This document shows, in pieces, positions 1 to 12,295 of a stretch of DNA of 64,000 nt (position 1 is its first letter; each line of letters starts with the position of its first letter). The stretch is taken from assembly GCA_951406725.2 (NCBI GenBank), contig OX597817.1, forward strand, positions 19,716,001 through 19,780,000, given 5' to 3'. Made by a program: the position numbers and the translations under genes. The notes under the pieces were generated by a model. The model was given only the letters and a program-made list of their open reading frames with translations, was not told where the DNA came from and ran no database searches. The stretch is from Octopus vulgaris (Eukaryota).

Positions 1-99
1 TTCCAAATTTGAAACAAATATTACAAGTAGATGATAAGTGAAATGTTTTGTGTATAACTATTTTGAGATTGCTCATTCTTTGCATATTTTTTATGTAAG

Positions 100-900
100 T
101 GTGAATGTCTCTTCTATTTTTTAATTATTATAAATCTTCCACTGAGGAGTGAGCTGGTTTCCAACAAAGATACAATGCTCTATTTTTGAGATATAGTTAA
201 CAGACAAATTCAGATTTGGAACTTGAGCAAAGACTTGTATATACTTTTGATGTTCCACTCACACATTGGACGTCAGTTTCTCTTTCTGAAAATCAGTTTA
301 TCCAGATTCTCATTTAAGCATTTACTAACAAAATCTAGTGCTCCAATTATCATAGGTATGAACATGAATTCATAGTCTGGATATTGAAGCTGGAGGTTTC
401 GAAGAAGTTGTCTAAAGATATCCATTTTTCTTTGATTTTCGAAGAGATCTTTATATCTGCAGGGTAGCTAACCTGTATGATGGTACATACCTTAGCCCCA
501 CTGTCCCAAACAACATTATTCAGCATGTTAAACTTACATTTGACAGAGATTTAGATGGGAATATTCCACCAGTATTCCTTGAGATGGTGTTTATGAATGT
601 ATTCCATAACAGTAGGATTTTCTAAGTTTATTTCAGAACAGTCTTTATTGCGGATGGCATTGTAAATTGTTTTAGCAACAACATCGTGCTTCACAAGGAA
701 GTATTACCATGACAGTTTAACTACATCTGTTAATCACATGCGTAGTGTCTTCTACTGCCTTCTTCCATCTTCCGAGCAATATAAATTTGAATAGTTATTT
801 TTGTATGCTGAGTGCTTTCCATACAGGTATAGGAGCCCACCTGTTTTGGGCCGGTATAGAAGATCACCAGGAAGAGAATTCTTCTTGATGAGTTCACTTC
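100..900 (-). mobile_element. Decayed 3' part of a non-LTR retrotransposon with restriction-like endonuclease (R4/Dong-like)
   Basis: Minus-strand translation across stops and frameshifts gives ...AVEDTTHVINRC (CCHC knuckle remnant), KHDVVAKTIYNAI, YWWNIPI, VVWDSGAKVCTIIQVSYPADIKI..KIKEK and YEFMFIPMIIGAL, the RHD / PD-(D/E)xK RLE motif order. A 3' UTR-like stretch lies at about 100-200. Confidence 0.8.
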
Positions 901-959
901 TATGTATGTATGTATATGAGTGTATGTATATATATATATGTACATATATTTATACACAC

Positions 960-1004
<45 letters not shown>

Positions 1005-1041
1005 AATGCATACATACCTAAATACATACATATAATTACAT

Positions 1042-1075
<34 letters not shown>
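900..1075. repeat. Compound (TA)n/(CA)n microsatellite
   Basis: Dinucleotide runs seen directly; source of the YIYI/THTH ORFs. Confidence 0.95.
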
Positions 1076-1887
1076 TGTATAGAGGGCATTATTACACATA
1101 AATGCCGCACGCTTGGAGGAACCCTAGATTCATAACTACCAAATATAAACAGATCGTACCGAAAATTTCTCGTTAAGATTTCTTATTAAGATTTTATCCT
1201 TATTTTTTAAATTTATATATATATATATTATTGAGAGAGAGAGAGAGAAAACAAATCATGGAGACACTATTAGTCTCGGGAAAATAATTCATAAGCTCTT
1301 TGTTGGTTTACCAGGCTAACACATTTGATTGCAAAAAGCTCCAAGCAATCTATTGCTAGGTTCCAATGTTATGGCTCATCACAATTCTATATTGTGATTC
1401 CGTGAATGAGCTTCTGATAAACTGGTTTTTACAGTGAAGTATATAACCGACAAGTTAAGAATACTAGTAATTAATTATAATTCCTTTATTGCAGCAAATT
1501 TCACTAACATCTGTTTCCAGTAGTCATTATAGATAGGTTTACTCAGTTCATCAATTGATTAATTGAGGTAAATTGAACACCTAACAAAATTAATGCTACT
1601 TTCGTTAGAGCCATTGCTGGAAATAACAACGTATTTGAATGGTTACTGTATGGGGAAATTTGGGGAATATTGGGATGTTTACGTAGAATAGGTGAAGGCA
1701 GGTTACAATGTGGTAGGAGAAATTGACGGAGTAGTAGTAGTAGTAGTAGGAGGAGGAGGAGCGTTGTATTGCCAAATCTGAAGAGGGACACTCACAAACA
1801 GATTATTAACCATTAACATATTGTCATTGCATATGGGTAACATATTCTCTACTGGAAACTGTTGCAAGGCACATGGGCTCCGTATAT

Positions 1888-1920
<33 letters not shown>

Positions 1921-2008
1921 ATTTATGTATATATGCATATGTATGTGTGTGTGTATGGAAAAAGAAGTCAAGGTAGAAAATACTAAAATAATTTTATAAA
2001 AACCTTTT

Positions 2009-2044
2009 CAGTACCGTTTTCAGCCATTCAGACTTTTTCAACTG
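2009..2044 (-). ncRNA. Minimal type I hammerhead-like motif with U3:A8 core variant
   Basis: Minus strand CAG-TTGAAAA-AGTC tgaat GGCT-GAAA-ACGG-TA-CTG. Helix I CAG/CTG, helix II AGTC/GGCT, near-palindromic helix III, GUA triplet. Sits in an ~240-bp insert between microsatellites. Confidence 0.5.
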
Positions 2045-3039
2045 TAAGGATGGAAGACAATTAAATTTTGAAAAAAATTGAATGAAAACATTTTTCAAAG
2101 AATATTTGCATAGTACTCAAATGCAAGAGGCATTCTCCTTCTTTTTGCCAGTGTCTTTCTCTCTTGTTTACTCTTGTTGGAGTGGGTTAGAGGTCTATAT
2201 ATATATATATATATATATATAGACATATACACTTATATGAAGTAAAACCATCGATAACAGTGTAGGATTCAACATACGAATATTAACGCATTAGTATGTT
2301 AAAAATGTAAAGTAATTAGTATTCGTGACTATGCAGCATACACACACACAAAGCACACACACACTCACACACGCACACACACACACACACTCACACACAC
2401 TCACACACTCACAAAGCAACACACACACACACACACACGGAGCACACGTACATATATATACGATTGAATGTATGTGTGTAATCCTATGTATATATATATT
2501 TTCTGTATATGTCTGTATCTTTATGCATGTGCCAAATTGTATATTCAGAAAACGTATATGCTGCTGTGTATATAAAATATGCAATTTTAATCTGTCAAAT
2601 AATATAACATATGGGATTAGGAAGACGCTTTTCAAAGATTAAACCTAGAACAAATAAGTAAATAACTAAAGAAATAATGCTATCTTCTCCATTCAATATT
2701 ACACAATCAAACTCTGAATTTAAAATATATTGCCATTTATCATAACAACTAGAAAAATATAAATGAATCTATATTCAATATATACTTATAGACATACAGA
2801 GAAACTAAAAGAGATAACGGTACCTCTCAAACAAACTCAGCCGCCATCTCCCTGTTCGAGCGTGTTTTAAGACTGCGTGAGCCTGTTCTTCAGAATTTGT
2901 ATAAATTATTGTTTACTTATGAGTGGATACATAGGAATACATATTTTGTAGTTGTAAATGCATTATGAAATAAATATAAATTGTTCTTGTTTTGTAATGA
3001 TAAAAGCAATAACTATGACTACTATTACTACTTTCTACG

Positions 3040-3245
3040 AAAGGAACAAGGCCTGGAATTTGTGGGGAGGAGACATGTCAATTACAGCAACACCAGTGTT
3101 TCACCGGCACTTTATTTATCGACCACGAAGGGAAGAAAGGTAAAGTCAAACTCGGCGATGTTTGAACCCAGAACGTAAAGATGGACGAAATGCCTGTTTT
3201 TATTTCGTCAGGCACGGTAACGTTTCTTCCAGCTCGCTGTCTGAA
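3040..3245 (-). mobile_element. Degenerate tRNA-derived SINE, family A
   Basis: Matches the reverse complement of the 12671-12900 copy (tttatcgacc..gaaaggtaaagtcaaactcggcg..tttgaacccagaacgtaa..ttccagctcgc). Confidence 0.8.
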
Positions 3246-3749
3246 GTAATAATAATTATTATTTTTATAACTATAGTATAACCTTTTCTGTTTTTTAAAC
3301 CCTAAGGGTAATAAACATTGGAGACGGTGCAAGATTACAAAACAATACAATGTGTGCTGCATCTGTTCAGAGTAGGAAACGAACTTACAGAAATAGATTG
3401 GATAATTTTCAGAAATAAATTCTCATTTGGAGAAATCTTAGGATTATGTAGAATTAGGAGGACAATCAAGTGGATTTATAAATGTGAAAATTTGAAAGAT
3501 ATATTGTATGCACGAAACTAATAAAGGAGAAAGTATAAAGCTAGGAACGATTGGTTTTGATGAATGTAGTTGTATTCTATCAAGTTAAAAATATTAATTA
3601 ATATCTATAGAATGAGTGTCATGTCAACATTCTTACATAAGTATCTTATTTTCTCTTGCTTAAATTTGAAATGTTATTACATGTTATCTTTTTCGTTTAA
3701 TGAAAAAATATTATACATATCCTATATGTATATATATATATATATATGT

Positions 3750-3782
<33 letters not shown>

Positions 3783-3789
3783 CATATAT

Positions 3790-4075
3790 ATGTAAAACAG
3801 TCCTTGGACGAAAATTGTACGCACATTTTGCTTTGACAGTTAATGGCGGCCGAACGGAGGCTAGGATCGAGTGGAAAATTGGCAGAGATACTAAATGCGT
3901 GGTGAGGATGAGACCGACGATGGTTAAAATTCGCAAGCTATAAAGATGTGGTTGCTATGTCAAAAAGAGTGATTTTTTTATCGATTCAAGGGGCCCCAGC
4001 ACCCCTCTAGGTTTGTGCGATTGGCTTTTAATGCCCAGTGGAATGCACTGCAGGCTGTCGTGCTTAATAAACATA
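3790..4075 (+). mobile_element. Possible 3' end of an L1/Tx1-like LINE
   Basis: GC-richer block after (TA)n ending in aataaa; peptide ARIEWKIGRDTKCVVRM is only weakly suggestive. Confidence 0.25.
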
Positions 4076-5074
4076 TATTTGTCGCGAAATTCCGGCTATT
4101 AGGAAATGATTTTTCTTTGTGAAAAAACGAGTGCTTTTTGCCCTCATTTTCTTTTTAATATTTTTATAAAAATGAAAGGATTTCGTCTTTATTTCTGCTG
4201 TTCACTTACGACGGTGATTCAGTTGAGTAGGAAACTTATACGTGATGACTATCCAATACCAAACTATCTTAATCTACATATTGAAACTGCATTAAACTTT
4301 GGCAAGCTTACCATTACCTATTCTGTGTTACTTGAAAGGTTATGTTCCCTTCCCTCTCTTCTGTTGATACATTTTTTGTTTTACTTTTGATACCGTCGTT
4401 GCACTTTAAGGATGCTTCTTTACCCAGTCATTATGATATTTCGACTGCTGTCCATTGTTTCATATAGGTTTTAGCATTGTCATTCTAACCTTTTTTAAAC
4501 ACTCACATATAATTCTTCCCAAAGAATCAACCTTTAAATGAGAGTTTTGCTTCCACTAGTGAAAGCTATATGTATCTTTCAGGAAGCTCCATACCAATTT
4601 AATTTTATGCAGCATTCGCTGTTAGTTTAAGTGCACGCTATGTGGGAAAATAGAATAAAGAGGCTTTTGTTAGCTTTTCTCTCCGAAAAATATAGCTCCC
4701 TTTGCTGTTGAAAAAAATAAACTCGCAGAGGGGAAGTTTCAACATCTTCCTTCAATTTCCTTACACCATATACGTGGCTGTTTCTGATAAACAATTTCGC
4801 TTTCATGTAAACCCACTATATTTTGTAGTCATTATCCGTAATCTACTCCCAAAATACTTCAGTAGCTCTACTTTACATCGCTTGCAAACTTATATGTTCT
4901 ATGATAATCAAAGTGCAACGACCTCCACAATAACCAGCCTTCAATTTGATTTTCCGTCCCTAGGTTAATCGGAATCAGATTGCCATGCTACACATAAACC
5001 TTCTCGGTAGTTCAATTATTTGGTGAAAACAATTCCACGAAAGCAACATAAAACGTCCAAAGGACGGGTGCGTG

Positions 5075-5118
<44 letters not shown>

Positions 5119-5121
<3 letters not shown>

Positions 5122-5472
5122 GAAAGAATGGAGTCGAACGACGATTTAACAAAATTCCTTTAATCTCGACATATGTTTCGAAGACTGCATATTCCTAATT
5201 CCGAAGGAATAAATGGTGCATTATGCCGCCTTCTCATCAGGAAAGACAAGGAACTTATGTCAGCATCATGACGAACAAAAACTTTTAGATGACTGCCCAC
5301 ACGGAGTCCATAGTGATAATGAGTGTTTCTTTAAAAAAAACACAAAAATTTCCACACGAAAGCACGGGATCTCTGCCCTTGGCATGTAGCTTCAACCGTG
5401 TTTTCTGACGTGAATTTGCTACCCGGGTATCGGTTAACCGAATTATCCATACTAGGATAATTCATTCAACGA

Positions 5473-5475
<3 letters not shown>
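5119..5475 (-). mobile_element. Short hammerhead-bearing element (Penelope-like/retrozyme-like) inserted in (TA)n
   Basis: About 355 bp of non-coding sequence flanked by (TA)n on both sides (5077-5118 and from 5476), containing the HHR at 5164-5244. Confidence 0.6.
5164..5244 (-). ncRNA. Type I hammerhead ribozyme, canonical core
   Basis: Minus strand TTTC-CTGATGA-GAAGGC(g)GCATA...TATGC(a)GTCTTC-GAAA-CATATG-TC-GAGA. Intact CUGAUGA and GAAA, G10.1-C11.1 pair, extended helix II, palindromic helix III (ACATATGT), GUC triplet, 4-bp helix I. Confidence 0.85.
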
Positions 5476-5556
<81 letters not shown>

Positions 5557-5564
5557 TGTATACT

Positions 5565-5985
5565 AGTCACCAGGGACTGCACGTACAAATGACGAAGAAC
5601 TAGAAAACATTGAATAGTACATACTGCTAAAAGACGAAATTGCAAAAAGGTGGACTACCAGGAGATTGTCTGTCATCCCTGTAGTTATAGGATCACTTGG
5701 ACCACCAACAACCAAGTTCGAGAAATATGTCGGAGAAATCAGAATTGACATTGAGAGCACGAGCAAGCCTAATAAAGGGCTCTGCTGTGGACAACTAAGC
5801 GTTTAAGATGGGTACTTGGATCTTGAATGTCTTACACGATAATTAACAACCATTATCAAACCCTATAATGTACGGTAAGAGACCCTATGAGACCTTTGAC
5901 AACAGGTTGCTGTCCTCTCCCACAGAATCAACCACAGCAAACAAGACCGAGCGCTCCGAGAAGTAACAGGATAATAACAATAATT
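5565..5985 (+). mobile_element. 3'-terminal fragment of an R4/Dong-like LINE (RLE C-terminus plus 3' UTR with TAA tail)
   Basis: Plus frame reads SPGTARTNDEELENIE*YILLKDEIAKRWTTRRLSVIPVVIGSLG..KFEKY, then RALLWTTKRLRWVLGS*, matching the Dong/R4 pattern EK..KY..L..E...W...VIPVVIGALG..ALLGTARILR.VL. Ends in ataataacaataa. Confidence 0.8.
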
Positions 5986-7046
5986 CAATGTTGTAGTAAT
6001 AAAATAATATATGAAAACATATCTCGCCGGCCGACGTGGTAATGGCGCAAGGCATAAAAAATTGTGCTTACATCCGTAAGACATTTTAGTTAGTTATGTG
6101 GACATCATAGATTGAATTATTAAGGTAGCCAATCATCTGTTTGTTATGAAATCAGTTACCAAATCTGTGGTCAAGATATGTTGCGACCTGAATCTCAGAT
6201 TTATACCACGGCTATTGTGACCCTTGCTCCATGAATCTAAATGGCCTCGCTCATGTATTCTAAGGTCCCTGTCTCTTCAGTATATCAGATACGTGGAATA
6301 AAGGTATATTGTCCTACACCAACTAAACATTAAGAAACATTAAGGGGTCCTTAATTGCATCGAGATCATTATCTCCGAAGTCTTGCAAACATTCTGTGCT
6401 TACCCTATTCTTCCATAAAAAAAGTAAGACAGTAATAAAAATTATGTTCATATGAGGTAACGAACAAAAATTCCCCTCTCAAACTTGATTTTCATTCATT
6501 CATTAATTGTGTGAAATATCTTCGTAGGGATATGTATACAGCCTGAAATTCATTCGCTTCGAAGTAACCATTTTATTGTTAGTAGAGTGCCATCGATCGT
6601 TTATTTGGCCTCTCTTACCATAGATGTTTTGTGTAAGCGTCCATAATTGTTATTCGTTTATCAACTGCACATGAAGCAATATATTTCCATTTGCTTCACC
6701 GCGCGCATATATATCGACCGTAATGGCCGACATATTTAAACGATAGTAGAATTATTGACGTTAATTGTTTCCCGGTATCACTTGATCTTAGATTGCCAAT
6801 CCACTAGCTTCTAAGCGTACATCGTTTTCTTTATTCCTTCTGTGATTTTATATTTAATAAGCAGTCACCTCACAAGCATAACATTACATATATGTCTTTT
6901 TTCCGAGTTTTCCTTCTAGTCCTGTACATTTTTCAAACTGCTTGATAATTTCCGTGCATGGTTTAGGACGGCGATTTCATAAGTGTAAACTTGGAACGCT
7001 CTAGATGTTTTCCTTAAAGGAATTCCATGACATAATGCACTCAATG

Positions 7047-7089
<43 letters not shown>

Positions 7090-7150
7090 TGTGTAAGTAT
7101 GTATGCATGTATGTATGTATATATGCATATACATTTATGTACATATACAT

Positions 7151-7215
<65 letters not shown>

Positions 7216-7220
<5 letters not shown>

Positions 7221-7419
7221 ATACAATAATATGTTACATTACTCGATAGTCAAGATAAAACTCTGAGTTTCAGATGCCGAAGTGGGAATCCACGACATCT
7301 CTTCGGTTATCTGGCTATTTTCAAATAACCGAAGAGAGGTCGTGGATTCCCACTTCGGCATCTGAAACTCAGAGTTTTATCTTGACTATCGAGTAATGTA
7401 ACATATTATTGTATAGATA
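7216..7419. repeat. Long inverted repeat (95-bp arms, 14-nt spacer) carrying mirrored hammerhead-like motifs
   Basis: 7216-7310 is the reverse complement of 7325-7419 with one mismatch (agatgtcg vs agaggtcg). (TA)n lies on the left. Confidence 0.95.
7253..7312 (-). ncRNA. Hammerhead-like motif with CCGAAGA core (mirror copy on + strand at 7325-7380)
   Basis: AGATAA-CCGAAGA-GATGTCG...CGGCATC-T-GAAA-CTC a GAG-TT-TTATCT. 6-bp helix I, 7-bp helix II, short helix III, GUU triplet. U4 is replaced by C and there is one extra nt before GAAA. Confidence 0.55.
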
Positions 7420-7614
7420 AATGTCCTCAATTTACATAATATTGAGGTCTCTTTCTTTCTTTTGTTATCTTACCGTTTTACCAATATATATATACACACA
7501 CACACACAAATATATACATACATCCATATCAAAAAGCAGTTTGAATTTCAGGATAGGAAATGTCGATGGTTGTGTCAAAATGGATATTTATACACCCCCC
7601 ACACACACATGTCT

Positions 7615-7850
7615 ATTTATTTCATTATTGCCCAGAGGGGGCTAAACATAGAGGAGGAAAACAAGGACAGACAAGCAGATTAATTCGATTACATAGACTC
7701 TAATGTGTAACTGGTACTTATTTAATCGATCTCCAAAGGATGAAAGGCAAAGTCGACCTCACCAGAATTTGAAGTCAGAACGTAACGGCTGACGAAGTAC
7801 CGCTAAGCATTTCATCTGGCGTGCTAACAATTCTGTCAGCTCGCCGCCTT
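7615..7850 (-). mobile_element. tRNA-derived SINE family A, copy 1 of a tandem pair
   Basis: Reverse complement of the 12671-12900 sequence; ends at cagctcgccgcctt. Confidence 0.9.
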
Positions 7851-7859
7851 ACGGGAGAC

Positions 7860-8097
7860 GAAATACCTATTTTTTACTAGCCACACGGGGCTAAACACAG
7901 AAGGGACAAACAAGGATAGACAAACGGATTAAGTCGATTACATCGACCCCAGTGCGTAAGTGGTACTCAATTTATCGACCCCGAAAGGATGAAAGGCAAA
8001 GTCGACCTCGGCGGTATTTGAACTCAGAACGTAACGGCATACGAAATACGGCTACGCATTTCGCCTAGCATGCTAACGTTTTGTGCCACTCCGCCAG
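7860..8097 (-). mobile_element. tRNA-derived SINE family A, copy 2 of a tandem pair
   Basis: ggggctaaacacaga..atcgaccccagtgcgtaa..ccgaaaggatgaaaggcaaagtcgacctcggcgg..gaactcagaacgtaac. Confidence 0.9.
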
Positions 8098-8487
8098 ACT
8101 CACGAGCATGTTTATTAGTACACACGTATGCACACACACACACACATATTGGCACAATAATATTTATTGTAGTCATGAAAATAAACTTTTGCAAATAAGT
8201 TTATTTACCAATCGCTTTCCAAAAGGAAATGATTAAAAAGCATTAAATGGTGAATATATTATACAAATATCCTGAGATATTTAGTGTTTCGCTGGAAACA
8301 TTCACGTAACACTACGTGGATGAATATGCTTTATGCAAATAAATACATTATCAATGGAAGTGGTATGCGACAGTCGTGTTTTTATTCAGCATTTTGTGCA
8401 TATTTCGTTTGCGATTTGAAGTGTTGCACTTGTTTTGAAAAGTTGTTTTTTGTGTGTAGTGCAAACAAAATTTCCATACTAAATTAT

Positions 8488-8902
8488 AGGCGCAGGTGTG
8501 GCTGTGTGGTAAGTAGCATGTTTACCAACCACATGGTTCCAGGTTCAAACCCACTGTGTGGCACCTTCGGCAAGTGTCTTCTACTATAGCCTCGGGCCAA
8601 CCAAAGCCTAGTAAGTGGATTTGGTAGACGGAAACTGAAAGAAGCCCGTCGTATATATGTATATATATATGTATGTTTATGTGTGTGTGTTTCTGTGTCT
8701 GTGTTTGTTCCCCTAGCATTGCTTGACAACCGATGCTGGTGTGTTTATGTTCCCGTCACTTAGCTGTTCGGCAAAAGAGACCGATAGAATAAGTACTGGG
8801 CTTACAAAGAATAAGTCCCGGGGTCGATTTGCTCGATTAAAGGCGGTGCTCAAGCATGGCCGCAATCAAATAGATGAAACAAGTAAAAGAGTAAAAGAGT
8901 AA
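8488..8902 (+). mobile_element. tRNA-derived SINE family B, full length with internal microsatellite
   Basis: A box tggctgtgtgg, B box ggttcaaaccc, CORE/V-like ggcaccttcggcaagtgtctt, internal (TA)/(TG) tract, tail (gtaaaaga)n. Homologs at 37.2, 39.2, 40.3 and 56.1 kb. Confidence 0.92.
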
Positions 8903-9423
8903 ACACAAACGTAATGAAATGCAGCGATTAATAATTACTCTCAACCAACGGACAACGGATCAGTTTAAGAGGATGTACAACATATTTTTTCTTATATGCT
9001 TTGTTTTCAGTTCATGTCGCTATCTTACTATTTATCTCTATGTTAGACATGAAATATCTACTTACTAAGGTAACCGATTTTGTCAAGCCTTACATATTAA
9101 TATATTTCATCGCACTTTATAAGTTTAATTTCCTTAGATCGCCTTATTATACAATCATTGAAAAGCCATACTTGACATTCCACGAATCTTTCAAATACAC
9201 ACAATCGAATTATATATTATTCCAATCGGCGTGTATGACAATTTTTCAACCTCTCATACGCATTTCAGTGGAATTTGTTGAACATTCTTATCGTTCGCTA
9301 TGCATCATTGATTTATGTTACTCTGCATATACACAGACGCATACACATTGCCTTATATCTATATAAGCTTAGGTGCATGTGTATATGTTCGTATATAAAA
9401 CTGGGTATAAGTATTGCGTGAGC

Positions 9424-9456
<33 letters not shown>

Positions 9457-11149
9457 AATAGATTATGTAGCAGCATTTATTGTCAGGTAATATCCATTAG
9501 TAAGATTGAGCGCCTCGCGATTCATGCCCCCTAAGGAGATATATTTGTTGAAGTGTGGTTGATATGCTGCTTCATATATGCTTAAACCACCCTTACCCAT
9601 GCAGTGTCTATTATAAATATAGTCAACTGAATATGTTTTCGTTTCATATGATAACAAAATATTACACACAAACAAATACGGAGATACCTTATAAATTAAA
9701 TATCCTCACAACATATATTCATTTTTGCCTGGATGTCATAATATGAAAACACATAGATAAATTCAGTTGTAATGCATACAGTGAAGCTATTGTATACGAT
9801 ATCATTCCGAATGATTAGATACAGTGATTGTGAAGAGTTAGGTACCCCTTCATCAATACATAATGGTGTACGCTATGCGTAAAATGCCATAAGTTGCACA
9901 CCGATACCATACCTCTTCAATAACATCGATGATGTTGGTGGTCACATATTAATGCAAGATACAAATTTAAATTACACAGTTCATAGAACACAGTGCAACA
10001 GCTTACATTCTCTTATATTAAAGGCAGTACATTTATTTGGAAGTTAACGATGGCATTCCCCAAACTATCAGAAGTCGTCATTAACTCAATAAAATGGTAA
10101 CATATTCTCTGATGTTACCATTCAACACATTGTTTTCAGAAATGGCACACCCTGTCTAAACGAATGCGTGTAAGATATACTTGTCTCCTAACTTCTTGAA
10201 ACATACAAATTAGACATATATTTAACATATAGCATACACAGAATATTTGCTTATACCAAGCAGACATGTCCCCATACATAAAACCTAACTTCAACGCCAA
10301 ATACGGATACTCAATATATAAAGTCCACACATTTGCATATCCATCTGTTTTACAATATGATGTTAACACCTTGTTTAATTGATGTTTTAAGAATTTTTAC
10401 GACACAGGTCTAATTTTGGCATACATTACAGCTTTAATACAACGACGAATTTACTTGGGTAAATTCTAAACGGTTGTTAAGGGTATTCTAAGCACTTTCA
10501 GCGGTGATAGTTTAGGGAGAGCCTTGCCACATGCTGCTCCAAAATGCATCACAAATTTTCGATTATATTGAGCTCCGCTGAATTGGGAGACAAATCAAAC
10601 TGGTCTGTTTCAATTTTGTGCGCTTTGTACCATTTTTGAATAAAGTTAGCCGCGCAAATCGGCGCACTATTGCTGGGAAATTGTACTACTATTGGAGATT
10701 AATGTTTTTATATAGATTGGAGGTGCTCAGTCATCAGGTAATGCTTGCCGTTAACTCTTGTCACCTAGAACAAATAAAGTGTCAAGAGATTTCAATGATA
10801 TGGCTAACTAAATCATCGGAGACTATCTCTATGTTACAAGGTGAGGACTAAACAGGAGTCAGTTCTGATGGCGTCTCTGATCTCTCTCCAGACATAAACT
10901 CGGCCCGAAAAGGGAAAAAGGGTGAATGATAATTCATCAGAGAATACCTTACCATTTTATTGAGTTAATGACGACTTCTAATAATTTGGAGAATTGTTTT
11001 GCTTATTTATATTTACGGGGAACATATGACAAGTGTAGCAATTGCCTCTGGTGTCCAGTTTTATGAATCTCATAGTATTTTTTTTGCAGTTGCCTTCTAC
11101 ACAGGTTTGGCAGCTTTAGCTGCAATATTCCGAAGGTTTCGTTCCCTGT

Positions 11150-11670
11150 CTATGAGAGTAAGGTGAAAGTGTCCTGAGTTGATTATAAAAGATTGATGCT
11201 AGAGTTGTGAAATCTGGCAAGCATTAATTTCAACCCTTTTATATAAATTCTGCATTGCTTCATTCCAAGTAAACTGACATCTGACTCTTCAAAGAAGGCT
11301 TCATAACTACCGAGTAACCACTACTCTTGCAAATAGACAAAATTTGGCATCGTGCTATTATCAAGTACCTGCAGAAAAAAGAGTTTAATCTACAAGGACA
11401 TTCGGGCTGGTATGATGGCTATATTAGGGGATGAGGCTTCAGCTTTATAAACACTGCAAAAGTGAAAAGCTGAACTCATCGCAGAGATGACGACGTCATG
11501 TCTGTTGCTGATGACTTTTTTTTACCAGCTGGATGAATGTTTCTTCACCAATGGGATACAGACAATGTAACAACGGATGGAGGAAATATCCGGATCACAA
11601 AGTGGACTCTGTTGAAAAATAAACCTTGTTTGCTCTTTTTTTCGACTTAGCCTTCCGTTCAGAGTTATAT
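11150..11670 (+). mobile_element. Internally deleted mariner-type element related to 59747-60935
   Basis: Shares gatgctagagttgtgaaa and ggcatcgtgctattatcaagtacctgcagaaaaa with the 60-kb element. The N-terminal HRAIIKYLQKK region is joined to a C-terminal remnant ending DSVEK*, similar to mariner GDYVEK*. Confidence 0.75.
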
Positions 11671-12295
11671 CTGTGAGAGATGGTTTTACCATTTTCCTTG
11701 AAAGCCAACATGATTTCATACACTGTAACTCACGAAACAGTTAGTAAATCATGTTAGTATTATAGAAACAAGGTGAACAATTGATCTGTTTCAAAGACTG
11801 AACTTCCAACTCGCCACGTGCCGAAACATTGCCATATTAGGAAATTATATAACTGGTGCATTGTAACATGTTGTAATATAAATATCACCAAAGGAAGAGT
11901 CAACAGTGAGTATATCATGACGTGCAAGGCATACTTGATACCTGTAAACATATGTACTCTGGTCCTGATTTGCCATACTGTCTTCTAACTTCTAAAGTTG
12001 CCATACAACTTTATATCTACATTAATTCAATGTAAATATAAAGTTGTTTACTTTGCCCAACTCCAGTATAGTTGCATGATCAAGCAGTAGATTACCAGTT
12101 CAGGTCAGAATATTATTCAAATTATTAATGAACGTGCCGTCAGGATATTGTTTATAATATTAATGATCTCACTGTCAATAATATTCTTTTCTAAGCACAG
12201 ACACACGCAAACACACACACACATATGTACACATGTGTCTTGCAAACAACTTGCACATGCAAGTGCTACCAGTTAAAAGCTCCGTATACCGGAAG

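Noticed and set aside
1500-1560. Minus-strand TTGATGA...GAAACAGATGTT hammerhead-like string
   Set aside because: Helix I and helix II do not pair convincingly; at best a decayed copy.
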